DNA of 64,000 nucleotides, from the NCBI GenBank assembly GCA_030390025.1, contig CM059432.1, positions 87,050,001 through 87,114,000 of the forward strand, read 5' to 3'. Positions 36,435-49,245 of the stretch are shown one piece after another. The stretch's first letter is position 1. Every line of letters begins with the position of its first letter. The notes beneath the pieces were generated by a model that did not search any database, had not been told where the DNA came from, and saw only the letters and a program-made list of their open reading frames with translations. The DNA comes from Squalus acanthias. Taxonomy: Eukaryota. The translations under genes were made by a program, and so were the position numbers.

Positions 36435-37117
36435 TTGGTTTGCAGGCTTGCTGGCAAATCCCTCTATGAGAAGGTATCACTGCCCCTCTGCTTCCTGGGG
36501 CCAGAATTAACAGAACAGAGAGGGAAACCCATGTGTGGGGCAATCAGGTTTTGAACAAAAGGACTGTGAGTCGCAGGTCTTGGCTCAGAGCTGGATGCTA
36601 AAATGTAGGCGTTTAGGTCCTGCAATTAGAAGTTGTCTACAGAGAAAGGCATGACAGAGACCAGTAAATCAGTCCACAAATTAGGGCAGGTAGTGATTTT
36701 TCTTTCTATTTTTTGAAGAAAATAGTGAGTATGAGTTAAATAAGTAGAATTTGCTTTGACTATTCACGAAATAAAGCAGCTCAACAATTCCTAACCCGCC
36801 TCATCCCAAGTGTTTCAGTTCGCCTTCAGATAGATTAGAGCAGCCGACATGAGGACACATGTGAAAGACATTTCCAGTCCAAATCATAAAGCGGTACTAT
36901 CATTAAAACATTGGATTACACTATCGTACAGTTAGATATTGTGCAGTATGGGCACACTCTTGAATATTTATGGGAGCGATCAGCACCACTTGAAGAGAAT
37001 ATCGAAGGCAGACCCAACACTTGTAACTTATTTAATATTCTATTTGGTATCTTACATACCTCAGTAATATCACCTCTCATTTACCTCCTTTCAAGGTTGA
37101 GTAGTCTTATGTATTAT

Positions 37118-37861
37118 GGTCCGAATCTTGCAGTGGGTAATGACGGCGAACTGTCCGCATTCGCCGTCATTATCCCGCTGAAACTGACCTCAACTTCAGG
37201 ATATAGCGCATGCGCATCTAAACGCAGAATTCCTGAAGTTGCGGTCAGTGAAATCAGTGGAACCGACGAAATCTTGAGCTTTTCTGCGCTAATATTGCTG
37301 TTAAATACCCCATTAAATGTTAAGCCTTGTTGGAATAGGTGTAACTGGGGTTTTAATAGCATATTGACTGCTAATCCACCGTTCTGGCCCTGAAAAATGG
37401 ATTTTTATATTTGTGGAATATCAAATTTCTCCATTATGATAAAATTTACACTGTTTTTAAAAATAATTTTTTTAAAGTTTGTTCATGACAAATGGCCTCC
37501 TTCTGTGCCGTAAATTTCTATGATTTTATGAATCTATATTTCAGCTTCTACATTATCCCCATGTGAAAGTCCCAATCTTTATTTTGCTCTCTGTAACATT
37601 TATAAAAGTGAGGATAAAAGCTGCTTTTTATTTCCCGGTTTGCTGTCTGCGAGAATTCTTCAATGTGATTGGTTGGCTTAGACAGCTTAATGATGTCACT
37701 GCTGCATCGCACTAGGAATCCCCTATTCACAGCGCTACAATCAATTACACATCGAGAAACCTCAAGTTTTCGCCACAGAGATCGCAAAATCTCTGTGGGC
37801 AGCTTTCTTCAAGGTCAGTGGCGAGCGCCTTTGCTTCTTCGCTGAGCACAAATTACAGGCC
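37118..37861. mobile_element. Harbinger-like MITE with subterminal hairpins
   Basis: Termini GGTCCGAATCTTGC and reverse complement GGCCTGTAATTTGTGC. ATTAT on both flanks. Two internal inverted repeats at 37138-37172 and 37184-37248. Confidence 0.55.
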
Positions 37862-38377
37862 ATTATGTATTCATATATTTAATGTTTATATTTTCCTGTT
37901 TACTCCTCTTCCTAGCACCCCACCGGTTGGCAGCTCCATGGCTCATTCTTGGCAATGGTGCTTCTTCTAATTATCAGGAAAGTGCCCCTGCCTGTGGAGG
38001 GAGTGCAGTGAGAAAAAATGTCTATTTGATACAAGCAGCCATTTGGCCCATCATGTCTGTGCCAGCTCTTTGAAAAATCTATCCAATTTGTCCCCCTGTC
38101 CTGTTCTTTCCACATAGCCTTCCAAATTTTTCATGTTCAAGTATATATCCAAATTTCCATTGTGCTATGAGGCCTTTGAATTTTAAATCCCATCTCTACT
38201 TCCTTCGCAATGTTGGATGCTAGGAATGCATGGGGTTCCTGATGCCCAATGTTGCTAAAGCATAAATAAAGGACAATATGTTGGGAAATTTTTAACGTGG
38301 AGAAGGAGCCTGAGGAGCTGGTGGAATGGCTTCCTGCCATATTCCTTGCACCTGACAGCTCAGAGACCACCCTAAAA

Positions 38378-38550
38378 TAAAGAAAAGAACTTCAGGATGT
38401 CCCAGGGCAGCCAATTAAATACTTTTCGTGAAGTCTCGTCACTATTGTAATGTAGGGAATGTAGCAGCTAATGTGTGCAAAGCAAGATCCCACAAGCAGC
38501 AATGTGATAATGACCAGTAAACCTGTTTTTAGGTGTTGGTTGAAGGATAA
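38378..38550 (-). mobile_element. SINE 3'-tail fragment (Deu-SINE/L2-tail-like)
   Basis: Similar to a second copy at about 53170-53325 (TCAGGATGTC..., TGCAAAGCAAGATCCCACAA). Confidence 0.45.
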
Positions 38551-39119
38551 AAATGGATGGCAAGACAGAAAATCTGGGCCACTGTGTTTGAGATGAGGAG
38601 TGCTGTTCCATCGTCATTTCTCTTTATCCCTCATTATGTCACAATTATTCTGCACCTTCATTAAGATACAACTCCTCAAAACTGGGATTTCACCAAAAAG
38701 ATCAGGTAGCAAAGCTATGTAGTTTTATCTGAAAAATCTTAAACGAGAGCCTTGCCTTCCAAGGAGAGCTGGAATGATTGAGATATATCCAAATGATTAA
38801 TGAGATGTCAGGTTTGAGCAATAGGTGGGAATAAGTTACTTTGTGGATCACAAGCCATTCATAATTATCCTTTGGATAGCAGGTTGGGGAACTTTTATCA
38901 GCTTGTATTAATAATAATTACATTTATGAGGGAGAGAAAATGATCTCATAGAAATAGGAAATAAATACGAATGAGGATGAAACGTAGTTTATAGTGGTAA
39001 TTGGAACGAAATATTAATTTAGAATTGGCAGCTAGTTAGAAGAAGGCAGAAAATCACAGGTAAGCCTTTAAAGGGGTTAAAACTGTTATAGCCTTTACAA
39101 AGGCTGCTGATATTTTTTG

Positions 39120-39339
39120 AAATTGAGAGGTCGCACAACACCAGGTTATAGTCCAACAATTTTATTTTAAATCACAAGCTTTCGGAGTTACAACTCCTTC
39201 GTCAGGTGAAGTGAGGCGAAGGAGTTGTAACTCCGAAAGCTTGTGATTTAAAATAAAATTGTTGGACTATAACCTGGTGTTGTGCGACCTCTCAATTTTG
39301 TCCACCCCAGTCCAACACCGGCATCTCCGCATCATGACC
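39120..39339. mobile_element. Penelope-like element remnant: inverted pseudo-LTR palindrome plus short tail
   Basis: Perfect 82-bp inverted repeat (39120-39201 and 39217-39298) with a 15-bp spacer, a 41-bp tail, a 12-bp flanking direct repeat GATATTTTTTGA (39109-39120 and 39340-39351), and an embedded hammerhead motif. Confidence 0.8.
39172..39209 (-). ncRNA. Minimal type-I hammerhead ribozyme motif
   Basis: The minus strand reads UCAC-CUGACGA-A-GGAG-uuguaa-CUCC-GAAA-GC-UU-GUGA: core boxes CUGANGA and GAAA, stem II GGAG/CUCC, stem I UCAC/GUGA, palindromic AAGCUU stem III. Confidence 0.7.
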
Positions 39340-39648
39340 GATATTTTTTGATGCATGATTCAACCTTTTCAAAGGCTGTTTTGGTAACAAAATTACTTGG
39401 CAAAACCCAATGGCTGGCATAATAAATGTGGTGACAGGAACAGAGTCTGTGGTCACTTGATGGAGCGGCACAACCCTTCACCCCTTTGTTTGATGGCTGG
39501 TGAAGTGGAGGCAGTGCAGAGTAAGGTTAGAATGAGGAGAATGACCCGGTTTGCCATTCTAGGACATCCTCCCAATAGAACAGCATTGGAGTGAGACAAA
39601 AGAAAAGGATGAAGCAGCAGCTGACCATTACTAGCACTGGGACTGGTA

Positions 39649-41890
39649 GGCCGCGATTTCCCCTACCTGGGCGGGTCCATGGCGGGTGACATCGGTGGTG
39701 GGTCACGGCTCCGCTGCTGGCTCCATACCGGCCTCCAACATTACTTTCCCTAATTAGGCTTGTTAAGCCCTCCCAGTGCATTTCCCAGCCAATTGAAGGA
39801 CGTGGGTCTGATGACGTCATTTGATGAAGCGTCATCAGCCAGTTTCCTTAAAGGGACCATGGCCAAATTTACTTTGACATTTGTGCTGTCAGTGTTCTAC
39901 AGAATTGAGGTGCTACAAACACTGACAATGACTGCACAAAGGTGCACGGCTGCACCCAGGCTCTCCCCTGACTCCCTCCATATGCTTATGGAGGGAGTCA
40001 CAGCATGCAGGGAGGTTCTCTTCCCTTCCAATGGGTGGAAGAGACCTCCCCAGGAGCCCAATGCAGCTTGGTTGCACATTGCACAGGAGGGCACAAGCAG
40101 GGATGTCGTCAGGAGGACCTGGGTGCAGTGGCGCAAACCTTTCAATGATCTCAGTAGTTCATGAAACATTAATGCAAAGCCACACTCAACCTCATGCTGC
40201 TGTGCCGCTCATCACATCCCCATCACTCTGTCTTCCTTACCCTACACCTGCACATCTTTACTCACACCAACTTACCTTGAACCTCCACTCATCCCTCTCT
40301 ATCTACATTATCACTTCCCCAGCTCACTAGCCACCCTCACACTCACCCTCATCCTAGTCCAATCATACCAACTAACAAGACACAAGGGTAGGCACTTGTG
40401 TGTTTTAGCCAATGTTCATGTGAAGTTTCTGTTAATGTGCTGTCAAACATTGAAATCTTTATTTTCAGCACTTTGCGTTCTTGGACAGATTTGTGTGCAC
40501 CTTTGGAAGTGGCTTAGTGAGTTGCAGTGAATGGTGAGACATAACGGTACCCCCCGCAATGCTGATGTATGTGAAAGGAATGGCTTGGGCATTGTAGGGA
40601 TGCTTTATGTTGTTGGTGTGGGGTGGTGCCAACCTGGCGCATCATGTGACAGCCAGGGTGTACAGCGTCAAGTGAAGTAAATCTGGCCATGGTGAGGCCA
40701 TCCCTGGCGTCCTGGGCAGCAATGTGGTCGGGTGCTGATGCCCTCTGTCCTGTGCAGCATCAGGTGAGTGCAGAGAAGGTTGGTGGTGTTGTTGGTGCTG
40801 CTGGTGTGCCTGGTGATGCTGGTGTTGCGGCTGATCGTGGTTAGATTCTGAGGACCAAGGTGAGAGAGTATAAACCGTACCCATGCTGATGGAATAGATG
40901 GCAGGTGAACTTGAGATGGCAGAAGCGATCTGTCAATGGTGAGAGAGGTTGTTCCAATGAGGTGACACTGGACAGAGAGTTTGCTCCAAACACTTGTAAA
41001 CACTGCATAAAGCTCAATCTGTCTTCCAAATGCAGCAAGCAACAACTTCTGAGCTTGGAAAGTGAACAGCTGTGAGATGGGAGATTTTAAGAACATAAGA
41101 ACATAAGAAATAGGAGCAGGAGTAGGCCATTTGGCCCTTCGAGCCTGCTCCACCATTCAATAAGATCATGGCTGATCTTCTACCTCATCTCCACTTTCCT
41201 GCACTATCCCCATATCCCTTGATTCCCTTAATATTCAAAAATCTATCGCTCTCTGTCTTGAATATACTCAACGACCCTCCACAGCCCTCTGGGGTAGAGA
41301 ATTCCAAAGATTCACCACCCTCTGAGTGAAGAAATTTCTCCTCATCTCAGTCCTAAATGGCCGACCCCTTATTCTGAGACTGTGACCTCTGGTTCTAGAC
41401 TCTCCAGCCAGGGGAAACATCCTCCCTGCATCTACCCTGTCAATCCCTGTAAGAATTTTGTATGTTTCAATGAGATCATCTCTCATTCTTCTAAACTCGA
41501 GAGAATATAGGCCTAGTCTACTCAATCTCTCTTCATAGGACATTTATAGCACATTTAAAGCTGTCAAGTAATGAGATGATTCCATGGCCATTCAACTCCC
41601 ACCCAGCTTAACAGATGTGATCCCCGAGCAGAGTGGACACCGTTGGCGAGCTGGTAAATTCTAAAGTTGAGCTCAAAATTGTTGTTAATCCTCTGTTAAC
41701 AAGGTCATAATGACCTGAATTGCCTCCCCCACCGCTGCGTGTCGAGTCTGCTCAGCGCTGACCGACCCGACATTTGGTAAAGGCGCGTAGCGGCGGTTTG
41801 ACAGTGTGGTCCCGAGCCGCTGTCAAATAAAAACACTTTCCCACCCGACCCGCCACCGATCCCACCCGCTGTCCCCCGGAAAATTCCCCC
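39649..41890. mobile_element. Non-autonomous Harbinger deletion derivative, copy A
   Basis: Ends GGCCGCGATTTCC ... GGAAAATTCCCCC with GTA on both flanks. Retains Myb exon 1 (MTAQRCTAAPRLSPDSLHML...RTWVQWRKPFNDL) and fused transposase N- and C-termini (40642-40884, -). Confidence 0.9.
41090..41542 (-). mobile_element. CR1 LINE 3' fragment nested in Harbinger copy A
   Basis: MSYEERLSRLGLYSLEFRRMR...RNFFTQRVVNLWNSLP, (TTCTTATG)n tail, TTTA duplicated at both junctions. Absent from copy B. Confidence 0.92.
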
Positions 41891-43084
41891 GTAGTGTCAG
41901 CCCTATGGTGCACGTTAGGTGCAGGAATCGCTGCCACAAATGCTACAGGCATCAGATGCTACAGATGTCTACTGACCTGGAGTTTATGTAGCCAATTCCA
42001 CAAAGTCATTGCCAGTTCGGTGCACCTTTGCCGATAAATATGGGTGGGAGAGTACCTGTAGCTAGGTGCAGGTTCACCTGTCTGCCATTCTTCCTTTTCT
42101 TCCTCCAAAAACATAAGTAATGGGAGAATTCCAATTGGGAAAATGATTGCTCCATACTGTGAACATTCAACAAAATGGCCGTAGCAGAAAACTTGACACA
42201 AATTCTGCTGGTCAACTATGTGGAAACCAAAAAGTAAGAAAAAAACGTTAAGAAATAGCTTCAAAATTCTGCTACAAATCTTGCTATAGAAATCTTTAAA
42301 TGCACTTCCATAAACAGCACACTCAGCAAACCGGGATCTCTATCTCATATAGGCAGGTAGATGACTGAGCACTACACAGGTATGAACACCAGATGATGCC
42401 ATCAGGGCCTAATTTTAATTTAATTAACTGCAAACTGGCAGTGATTCTGGCTTCTTTACAAAATATTACCGGAAAATTGGATTGGATGCTAAATGGGCAG
42501 AAATCTGGCATAATAGATTTCCACCCATTTTTCCAATCCATGATATCCACTTTACATCCATTAATTAGGTATAATTCAATGATAAATCTTCCTTGGTATG
42601 AATATGGATGTGGAAAATATGTTGATGAGGACTAAGTACAACACAGTTACGCTGACTGCCTGGCATAACTTGAGTGGACTGGGTGGAGAATTGCTCTGGT
42701 AACTGCCCTGCCCATTCCCTGCTCTCTTCCGTCATCTCTGAAAAAGACAGGTGACATAGAATATATCCACCCAGATATGGGTGGCAATATTCGAAGGGCA
42801 TGAAAATGATGCGGAATACATTGCCTGACGCATTCCCCATCATTAGTGCCTTAGCAACGTTGGGCACTAGGAACGGGTGTGTGTTGCTGGCTTCCAGCCT
42901 TGCTATTGTGTCCTGAGGGCCATTTAAATTTTCAAGGGCCCGCAGGGAGCTGAACTGGTAGGAAGTGATCAGTTCAACTTCCCAGGTCTGGGAAAAGAAT
43001 TCGCAATGTCATGTTTAGCTACACCGCAGGCTGCCTACCCCGATACGTTGAAGCAGGTGCCTGAGGCCTGTACAGTGATTTTTC

Positions 43085-44755
43085 TGATGAAAGGGAGGAA
43101 CTGAAAGAAATCAGTATTTGCAGGGAAATGGTGTTAGGGAAATTGATGGGATTGAAGGCCGATAAATCTCCAGGGCCTGATAATCTACATCTTAGGGTAC
43201 TTAAGGAAGTGGCCCTAGAAATAATAGATGCATTGCTGATCATCTTCCAACATTCGATGGAATCTGGAACTGTACCCATGGATTGGAGGGTAGCTAATGT
43301 TACCCCACTATTCAAAAAGGGTGGTAGAGAGAAAGCGGGGAATTACAGACCGGTAAGTCTGATGTCGATAGTGGGGAAAATGCTAGAGTCCATTATAAAG
43401 GATGTAATAGCTGAGCACTTGAAAAACAGTGACAGGATCGGACAAAGTCAACATGGATTTACAAAAGGTAAATCGTGCTTGACTAATCTACTGGAATTTT
43501 TTGAGGATGTAACTGGGAAAATAGATAAGGGAGAACCAGTAGATGTGGTATATTTGGACTTTCAAAAGGCTTTCGATAAGGTCCCGCATAAGAGATTAGC
43601 GTGTAAAGTTAAGGCACATGGGATTGGGGGCAAGGTATTGACTTGGATAGAGAACTGATTGGCGGACAGAAAGCAGAGAGTAGGAATAAATGGGTCTTTT
43701 TCCAAGTGGCAAGCAGTGACTAGTGGGGTACCGCAGGGATCGGTCCTTGGACCCCAGCTATTCACAATATACATTAATGATCTAGATAAGGGAACTAAAT
43801 GTAATATCTCCAAGTTTGCAGATGACACAAAGCTGGGTGGGAGTGTGTGCTGCGAGGAGGATACCGAGAAACTCCAGGATGATTTGGACAGGTTGGGTGA
43901 GTGGGCAGAAGCGTGGCAGATGCAATATAACGTGGATAAATGCAAGGTTATCCACTTTGGTGTCAAAAACAGAAAGGCAGACTATTATCTGAATGGCAAT
44001 AGATTGGGAGAAGGGCAAGTGCAACGAGACCTGGGTGTCCTTGTGCACCAGTCGCTGAAGGTAAGCATGCAGGTGCAGCAGGCGGTGAAGAAGGTAAATG
44101 GTATGTTGGCCTTCATAGCAAAAGGGTTTGAGTATAGGAACAGGGATGTCCTGCTGCAGTTGTACAGGGCCTTGGTTAGACCACACCTTGAGTACTGTGT
44201 GCAGTTTTGGTCGCCTTATTTGAGGAAGGATGTTCTTGCCATGGAAGGAGTTCAGCGAAGATTCACAAGGCTGATACCTGGGATGGCAGGAATGACATAT
44301 GAGGAGAGATTGGGTCGATTGGGCTTATACTCGTTGGAGTATAGAAGAATGAGAGGGGATCTCATCGAAACATATAAAATTGACAGGTCTGGACAAACTA
44401 GATGCAGGAAGAATGTTCCCGATGGTCGGAGAGTCCAGAACCAGGGGTCATAATCTAAGGATAAGGGGTAAGCCATTTAGGACAGAAATGAGGAAGAATT
44501 TCTTCACCCAGAGAGTGGTGAACCTGTGGAATTCTCTACCATAGAAGGTAGTTGAGGCCAAGTCATTAAATATATTCAAGAATGAGTTAGATATATTTCT
44601 TAAAGCTAAAGGTATCAAGGGATATGGGGAGAAGGCAGGGACAGGGTACTGAGTTTGGATGATCAGCCATGATCTCATCGAATGGCGGAGCAGGCTCGAG
44701 GGGCCGAATGGCCTACTCCTTCTCCTATCTTCTATGCTTCTATGTTTCTATGTTT
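43085..44755 (+). mobile_element. CR1 LINE, 5'-truncated, full RT domain plus 3' UTR
   Basis: KSPGPD, NYRPVSL, YLDFQKAFDKVPH, GVPQGSVLGP, FADDTK. One TGA at 43656-43658 and a frameshift near 44380. TTCTATG-type repeat tail. Confidence 0.95.
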
Positions 44756-44844
44756 CCTCCTTCCTTGAGGCAGGCTGCTTCTGGGAAACTGTTAATGCAA
44801 ATCACCCTCGCCCTGGATAAATTGCATAAAGCTATTCATTCCAC

Positions 44845-45028
44845 AAGAACATAAGAACATAAGAAGTAGGAGCAGGAGTAGGCAATACGGCCCCTCTAGC
44901 CTGCTCTGCCATTCAATAAGGTCATGGCTGATCTTCTACCTCAACTCCACTTTCCTGCCCGATCCCCATATCCCTTGATTCCCCTAGAGTCCAAAAATCT
45001 ATTGCTCTCAGTCTTGAATATACTCAAT
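44845..45028 (-). mobile_element. CR1 3' end (left part of the copy split by the Harbinger element)
   Basis: AAGAACATAAGAACATAAGAA tail. Near-identical to 41090-41270. Confidence 0.9.
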
Positions 45029-45577
45029 GGCCGGAATTTTCTGGGGTCCGTGAGGGCACGATTGGAGGCGGGTCGGGTGGGAAATTTGAAAAATCTTGCA
45101 GCGGGTTGGGAACCCGCCGTCATCCCGCCCCCACACGCCTTTTCCTCGGGCGTGTTTGCTGGCGTGGCAGCGAACCAAATGGCCGAGGCGGGCGAGCTAA
45201 TTTAAATCATTATTAGGTACTTGTCAGACCCTGAAGTGCCTTTTTCACCCTACCTTTCAAATTTCCCTGGATGAGCACGGAAATCACGCAGCTCGGGAAC
45301 CACTTATGTGAACCTGAGGCGGAGGTTGAGTGGCCATTGATCCACCTCATTAGTGCACAGCATGAGAAGTACAATAAAAACTCCTACCTGACAGCTGGTC
45401 ACTATGCTAAGGCAGATGCTTTTGCTGACTGCATTGTCAGCACAGATTTAGCTTTCTGGAGGTTGCAAGTGTTTCCAGCAACGTCGGCATCCAGTGTCAC
45501 CTCAGTGGTAGAACCTATCACACCATTGACAGATTGCTTCTGTCAGCTCTACTTGACCTGCCATCTATTCCATCAGC

Positions 45578-46773
45578 ATGGGTGCTATTTATACTGTCTC
45601 ACCTTGGTCCTCGGAATCGGACCACGATGAGCCTCAACACCAGCAGCACCAATAACAACACCACCAACCTTCTCCTCAAACACCTGAAGCTGCACAGGAC
45701 AGAGGGCATCAGTGCAGGCCTGCACTGTGCTGGAGGTGATACCCCCAACACAGGGTATACAGGCAGAGGATGAGCTTCCTCAACATGACGGAGCAGCAGT
45801 GCTTCAGGAGGCTCAGGCTATCGCGCCAGGTTGTCGCAGACATTTGCACATTGCTGGAGGAAGACCTGCAGCCCAGAGGAGCGGGTGGACACGCCTTACC
45901 AGTTGCTGTCAAAGTCACCAGCGCCCTCAATTTCTTCGTCTCAGGCGTCTTCCAGGGATCTGCAGCAGACATTTGCGGCATCTTGCAGTTGGCCGCCCAC
46001 AGATGCATCACCCAGGAAACCGATGCACTCTTTGACAAGTACACCAATTATATCAACTTTGCCACTGATAAAACCAGTGTTACTGAGCGGGCACGCGGCT
46101 TTGCGGCTCTGGCTGGCTTCCCACAGGTGCAGGGCGTCATCGACTGCACACGTGTGGCCATCAGGGCACTCCATCATTACCCAGGAGTCTTTGTCAACCA
46201 CAAAGACTTCCACTCCCTCAATGTGCAGCTCGTCTGCAACCATAGGAAGATCATCATGCATGTGTGCGCAAAGTTCCCTGGCAGCTGCCGTGACTCTTTC
46301 GTCTTGCGCCAATCCACCCTCCCTCACTCCTCTTCACTCCTCCAAACAGACTTTCTAGCTGGCTTCTTGGAGACAAGGGCTATCCACTGAAGACGTGGCT
46401 CATGACCTCCTTGAGGAGGCCAAGTACTGAGGCCCAGGAGCGATATAATGAAAGCCACATTTCCACCAGATGTGTCATAGAGCAGACAATTGGCATGCTG
46501 AAAATGCGCTTCAGATGCCTTGACAGATCTGGAGGAGCCCTTCAGTACGCACCAGCCAGGGTCTCCAGAATCGTCGTGGTCTGCTGCACCCTGCACAACA
46601 TAGCGCAGCAGCGAGGATTACCGCTGCATGAGGAGCAAGGCTCTGAGCACTCAGCCTCTTCAGAGGAGGAGGAGCATCAGCTGGAAGATGAGGAGGAGGA
46701 ACAGGAGGAACCTGCGGTCCAGATCCCACCAGCACCTGAGCACATTGCTGCCCGGGAGGCCAGATTTACTTAA
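45578..46773 (+). pseudogene. Harbinger DDE transposase pseudogene
   Basis: [23 protein letters not shown] (shifted frame), [13 protein letters not shown]. Two early stops and a frameshift near 46330. Confidence 0.92.
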
Positions 46774-47063
46774 CTTTACGTATTACACCCATATGGCTGC
46801 CACATGCTGCACCAAATTGGCACCACCCCACAGCAACACCTTAAAGCATCCCTACAATAACCAAGCCATTCCTTTCACACTGACCACCATTGCTGGGGGT
46901 AACATTATGTCTCACCATTCACTCCAACTGACTAAGCCACTTCCAAAGGTGCAGACAAATTTGTCCATGGTGGTGAAAATAAAGATTTTTATCTGTGACA
47001 TCAGAGTAACGGAAACTTTACAGAAACATTTAATAAAACACCCAAGTGGCTACCCTCGTGAAT

Positions 47064-48951
47064 CTACTTGTGTTTCATCTTTCTATTATGCGTGCTTCTA
47101 CAAGGTGCTACCCCTATGGCTTCAGCAGAGGTAGAGGCAGCCTGCTCACTTCCCTACGGCGACTGCACAGACCCTTTTGGCAGACGTCCTCTGGGTTTTG
47201 GAGCCTGTGATGGCCCCGTCAAAGTCTGCTCCCCCTGCGACTGTGCAGGGGCAGACTCAGCCATCGGGATCCGAGGAGGCATCTGGGGCTCTGACTGAGG
47301 GATGGGGGTGGCGGGGTGGGGGGGACAACAGGGGAGAAGTGTGTGCGCTTTGAGTGGAGCCCACACTTCCATGTCCCTTCTCACCATCATCCCTCTCATG
47401 GGCCACCCGCATTTCCCTGCTAGCAAGGAGCTGGAGAGCACCTTGCTGCACATCAGTGGGGCCATGAGAACGTCTATGAGCCTCAGCCATCTATTCTCCA
47501 TAGATAGCCATCTATTCTCCATAGATAGCCATCTATTCTCCATAGAGACCATGTGCTCCTGTGAGTGGCGCATTAGCTGCTCCATGCAGGTGGCCATCCT
47601 TTCCATGGAAGAGCCTACAGTCACCATCGCCTGCGACACGGTGGTGCTCATGTTGGAAATGGACTCCTTCATTCTCTGGACATTTGCAGACAACGCGGTC
47701 GCAAAACCTGTCAAAGCCTCCTGCACATCTTGCTCCACCTCCAGGAACGCCGTTTTCTGGATGGTCCCCGAGGCTCAGCGTCTGCATGCAGCTGAGCAGA
47801 GCTGGAAGCGTCCTGCGCCCTCTGGCAAGGACTCTCCACTGCTGTCCCTGTCTCCACCATCTGTTCTTGCTCACTTGTGAGTTGTGAGACACCAAGTGAC
47901 AACACTACTCTATCTTGCGTGGGACCCACCGAGGTGTGCGTATCTGCGCTGGTGCTGGGTGCGCTTATGTCTGGTGACGGTGCGTCCTCAGAGGCTGGAG
48001 GCTCCTCTGAGGAGTCATCTTCCTCTTCCTCCTGGTCAGTGGGGGGTGCTCTTGATGGACTTGTGAGAGAGTAAAGAGATGAGTTAGATATGTCATATGA
48101 AGAATGGGTACAGATACCATTATGCACATGATGAACATTCACTGGCTGCTGACATTAGTCCCCATATGAGTGACTGCTGTATGATATGTAGCTGTATAAT
48201 ATGTAATTCTGTCACCAGGTTGCTGAGATGTTCTCCTCTCTCCGTCTCCCACCTCCAGCTGCTCGGTGACTCCAGAGACTTCCAAGGCAGCCTCCTCTGC
48301 CGATGTTAGGGTGGCCAATGATGGAGTGCCACCTCCGGTTCTCTCCCTCTCCCTCTTATTGGGGGCTGTCTTTTCCTGCAAAGAGGGAAAGAAGAGAAGG
48401 ATGAGTGAGAGTGATCGAATGAGTGTAAGGAATGAATGGGTTACATCTGTAGAGGGTGCCTATGATGGAGTGGGGTGGCAATGCCAAGTGGCCTCCTTGT
48501 GTGTTTTTAGTTGTTATGATTGCATTAGAATGAGGGTGAGTGTGAGGGGTGGTTAGTCAGATGGGATGTGATAATGTAGATAGAGAGAGAGGGATGGGTG
48601 GGCGTGCAAGGTATGTTGGTGTAAGGATGTGCAGGAGCAGGGTTGGGAAGGCAGAGTGATGGGGATGTGATGGGAGGCACAGCAGGATGAATTTGAGTGT
48701 GGCTTTGTACTCATGTTTCCTGATCTAATGAGATCATTGAAACGTTTGCGGCACTGCACCCAGGTCCTCCTGACCACACCCCTGCTGTTGACTGCCTCTG
48801 CTATTGGAGCCAGGCTCCTTTTGTCTCCTGGGGAGGTCTCTTCCGTCCATTAGAAGGGGAGAGGACCTCCCTGCGTGCTCTCACTCCCTCCACAGCATAT
48901 GGAGGGAGTCATCGGAGAACCTGGGTGCACCCTCTGTCTCAGTGCAGTCAT
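47064..48951 (-). pseudogene. Harbinger Myb/SANT gene, 3 exons (48951-48715, 48375-48216, 48060-47064), disrupted
   Basis: RRTWVQCRKRFNDLIRSG and EKTAPNKRERERTGGG. Exon 2 is 160 nt as in copy 1. Intron-1 donor is mutated to ATGAGT, intron-2 acceptor AG>AA. Frameshifts and a premature stop at 47154. Confidence 0.88.
47485..47546. repeat. 21-bp tandem repeat, 3 copies (AGCCATCTATTCTCCATAGAT)
   Basis: Directly visible. Encodes (SMENRWL)3 in Myb exon 3. Confidence 0.95.
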
Positions 48952-49245
48952 GTTTGGCACTCTTTGTAGCAGTCCAATTTTGCAGTGTGCTGTCTGCACT
49001 ATCCTAGATGAACATTCGAATGCAATGTGGCCATGGCTCCTTTACATATCCCAGCTGAAAATGCATCATCACTGACGTCATCAGACACGCACCATTTAAT
49101 TGGGCCGGGTAACGCGCAGAGTGGCCTTAATAGGCCCAATTAACGGAAAGTCAATCTTAGGAGTTGCATGGTATGAAGAACGGGGTCGTGACTCACCACG
49201 ACGACTGCCCGCACCCGACCCGCCCAGGTACAGAAAGTTCTGGCC

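Larger units (their letters stand above)
45029..49245. mobile_element. Full-length PIF/Harbinger transposon, copy C (4217 bp)
   Basis: TIR GGCCGGAATTTTCTG versus reverse complement GGCCAGAACTTTCTG (13/15). AAT TSD at 45026-45028 and 49246-49248. Transposase (+) convergent with the Myb gene (-). Confidence 0.95.

Noticed and set aside
39217..39250. Second hammerhead on the plus strand
   Set aside because: The CUGANGA core is replaced by GAGGCGA at the inversion junction.
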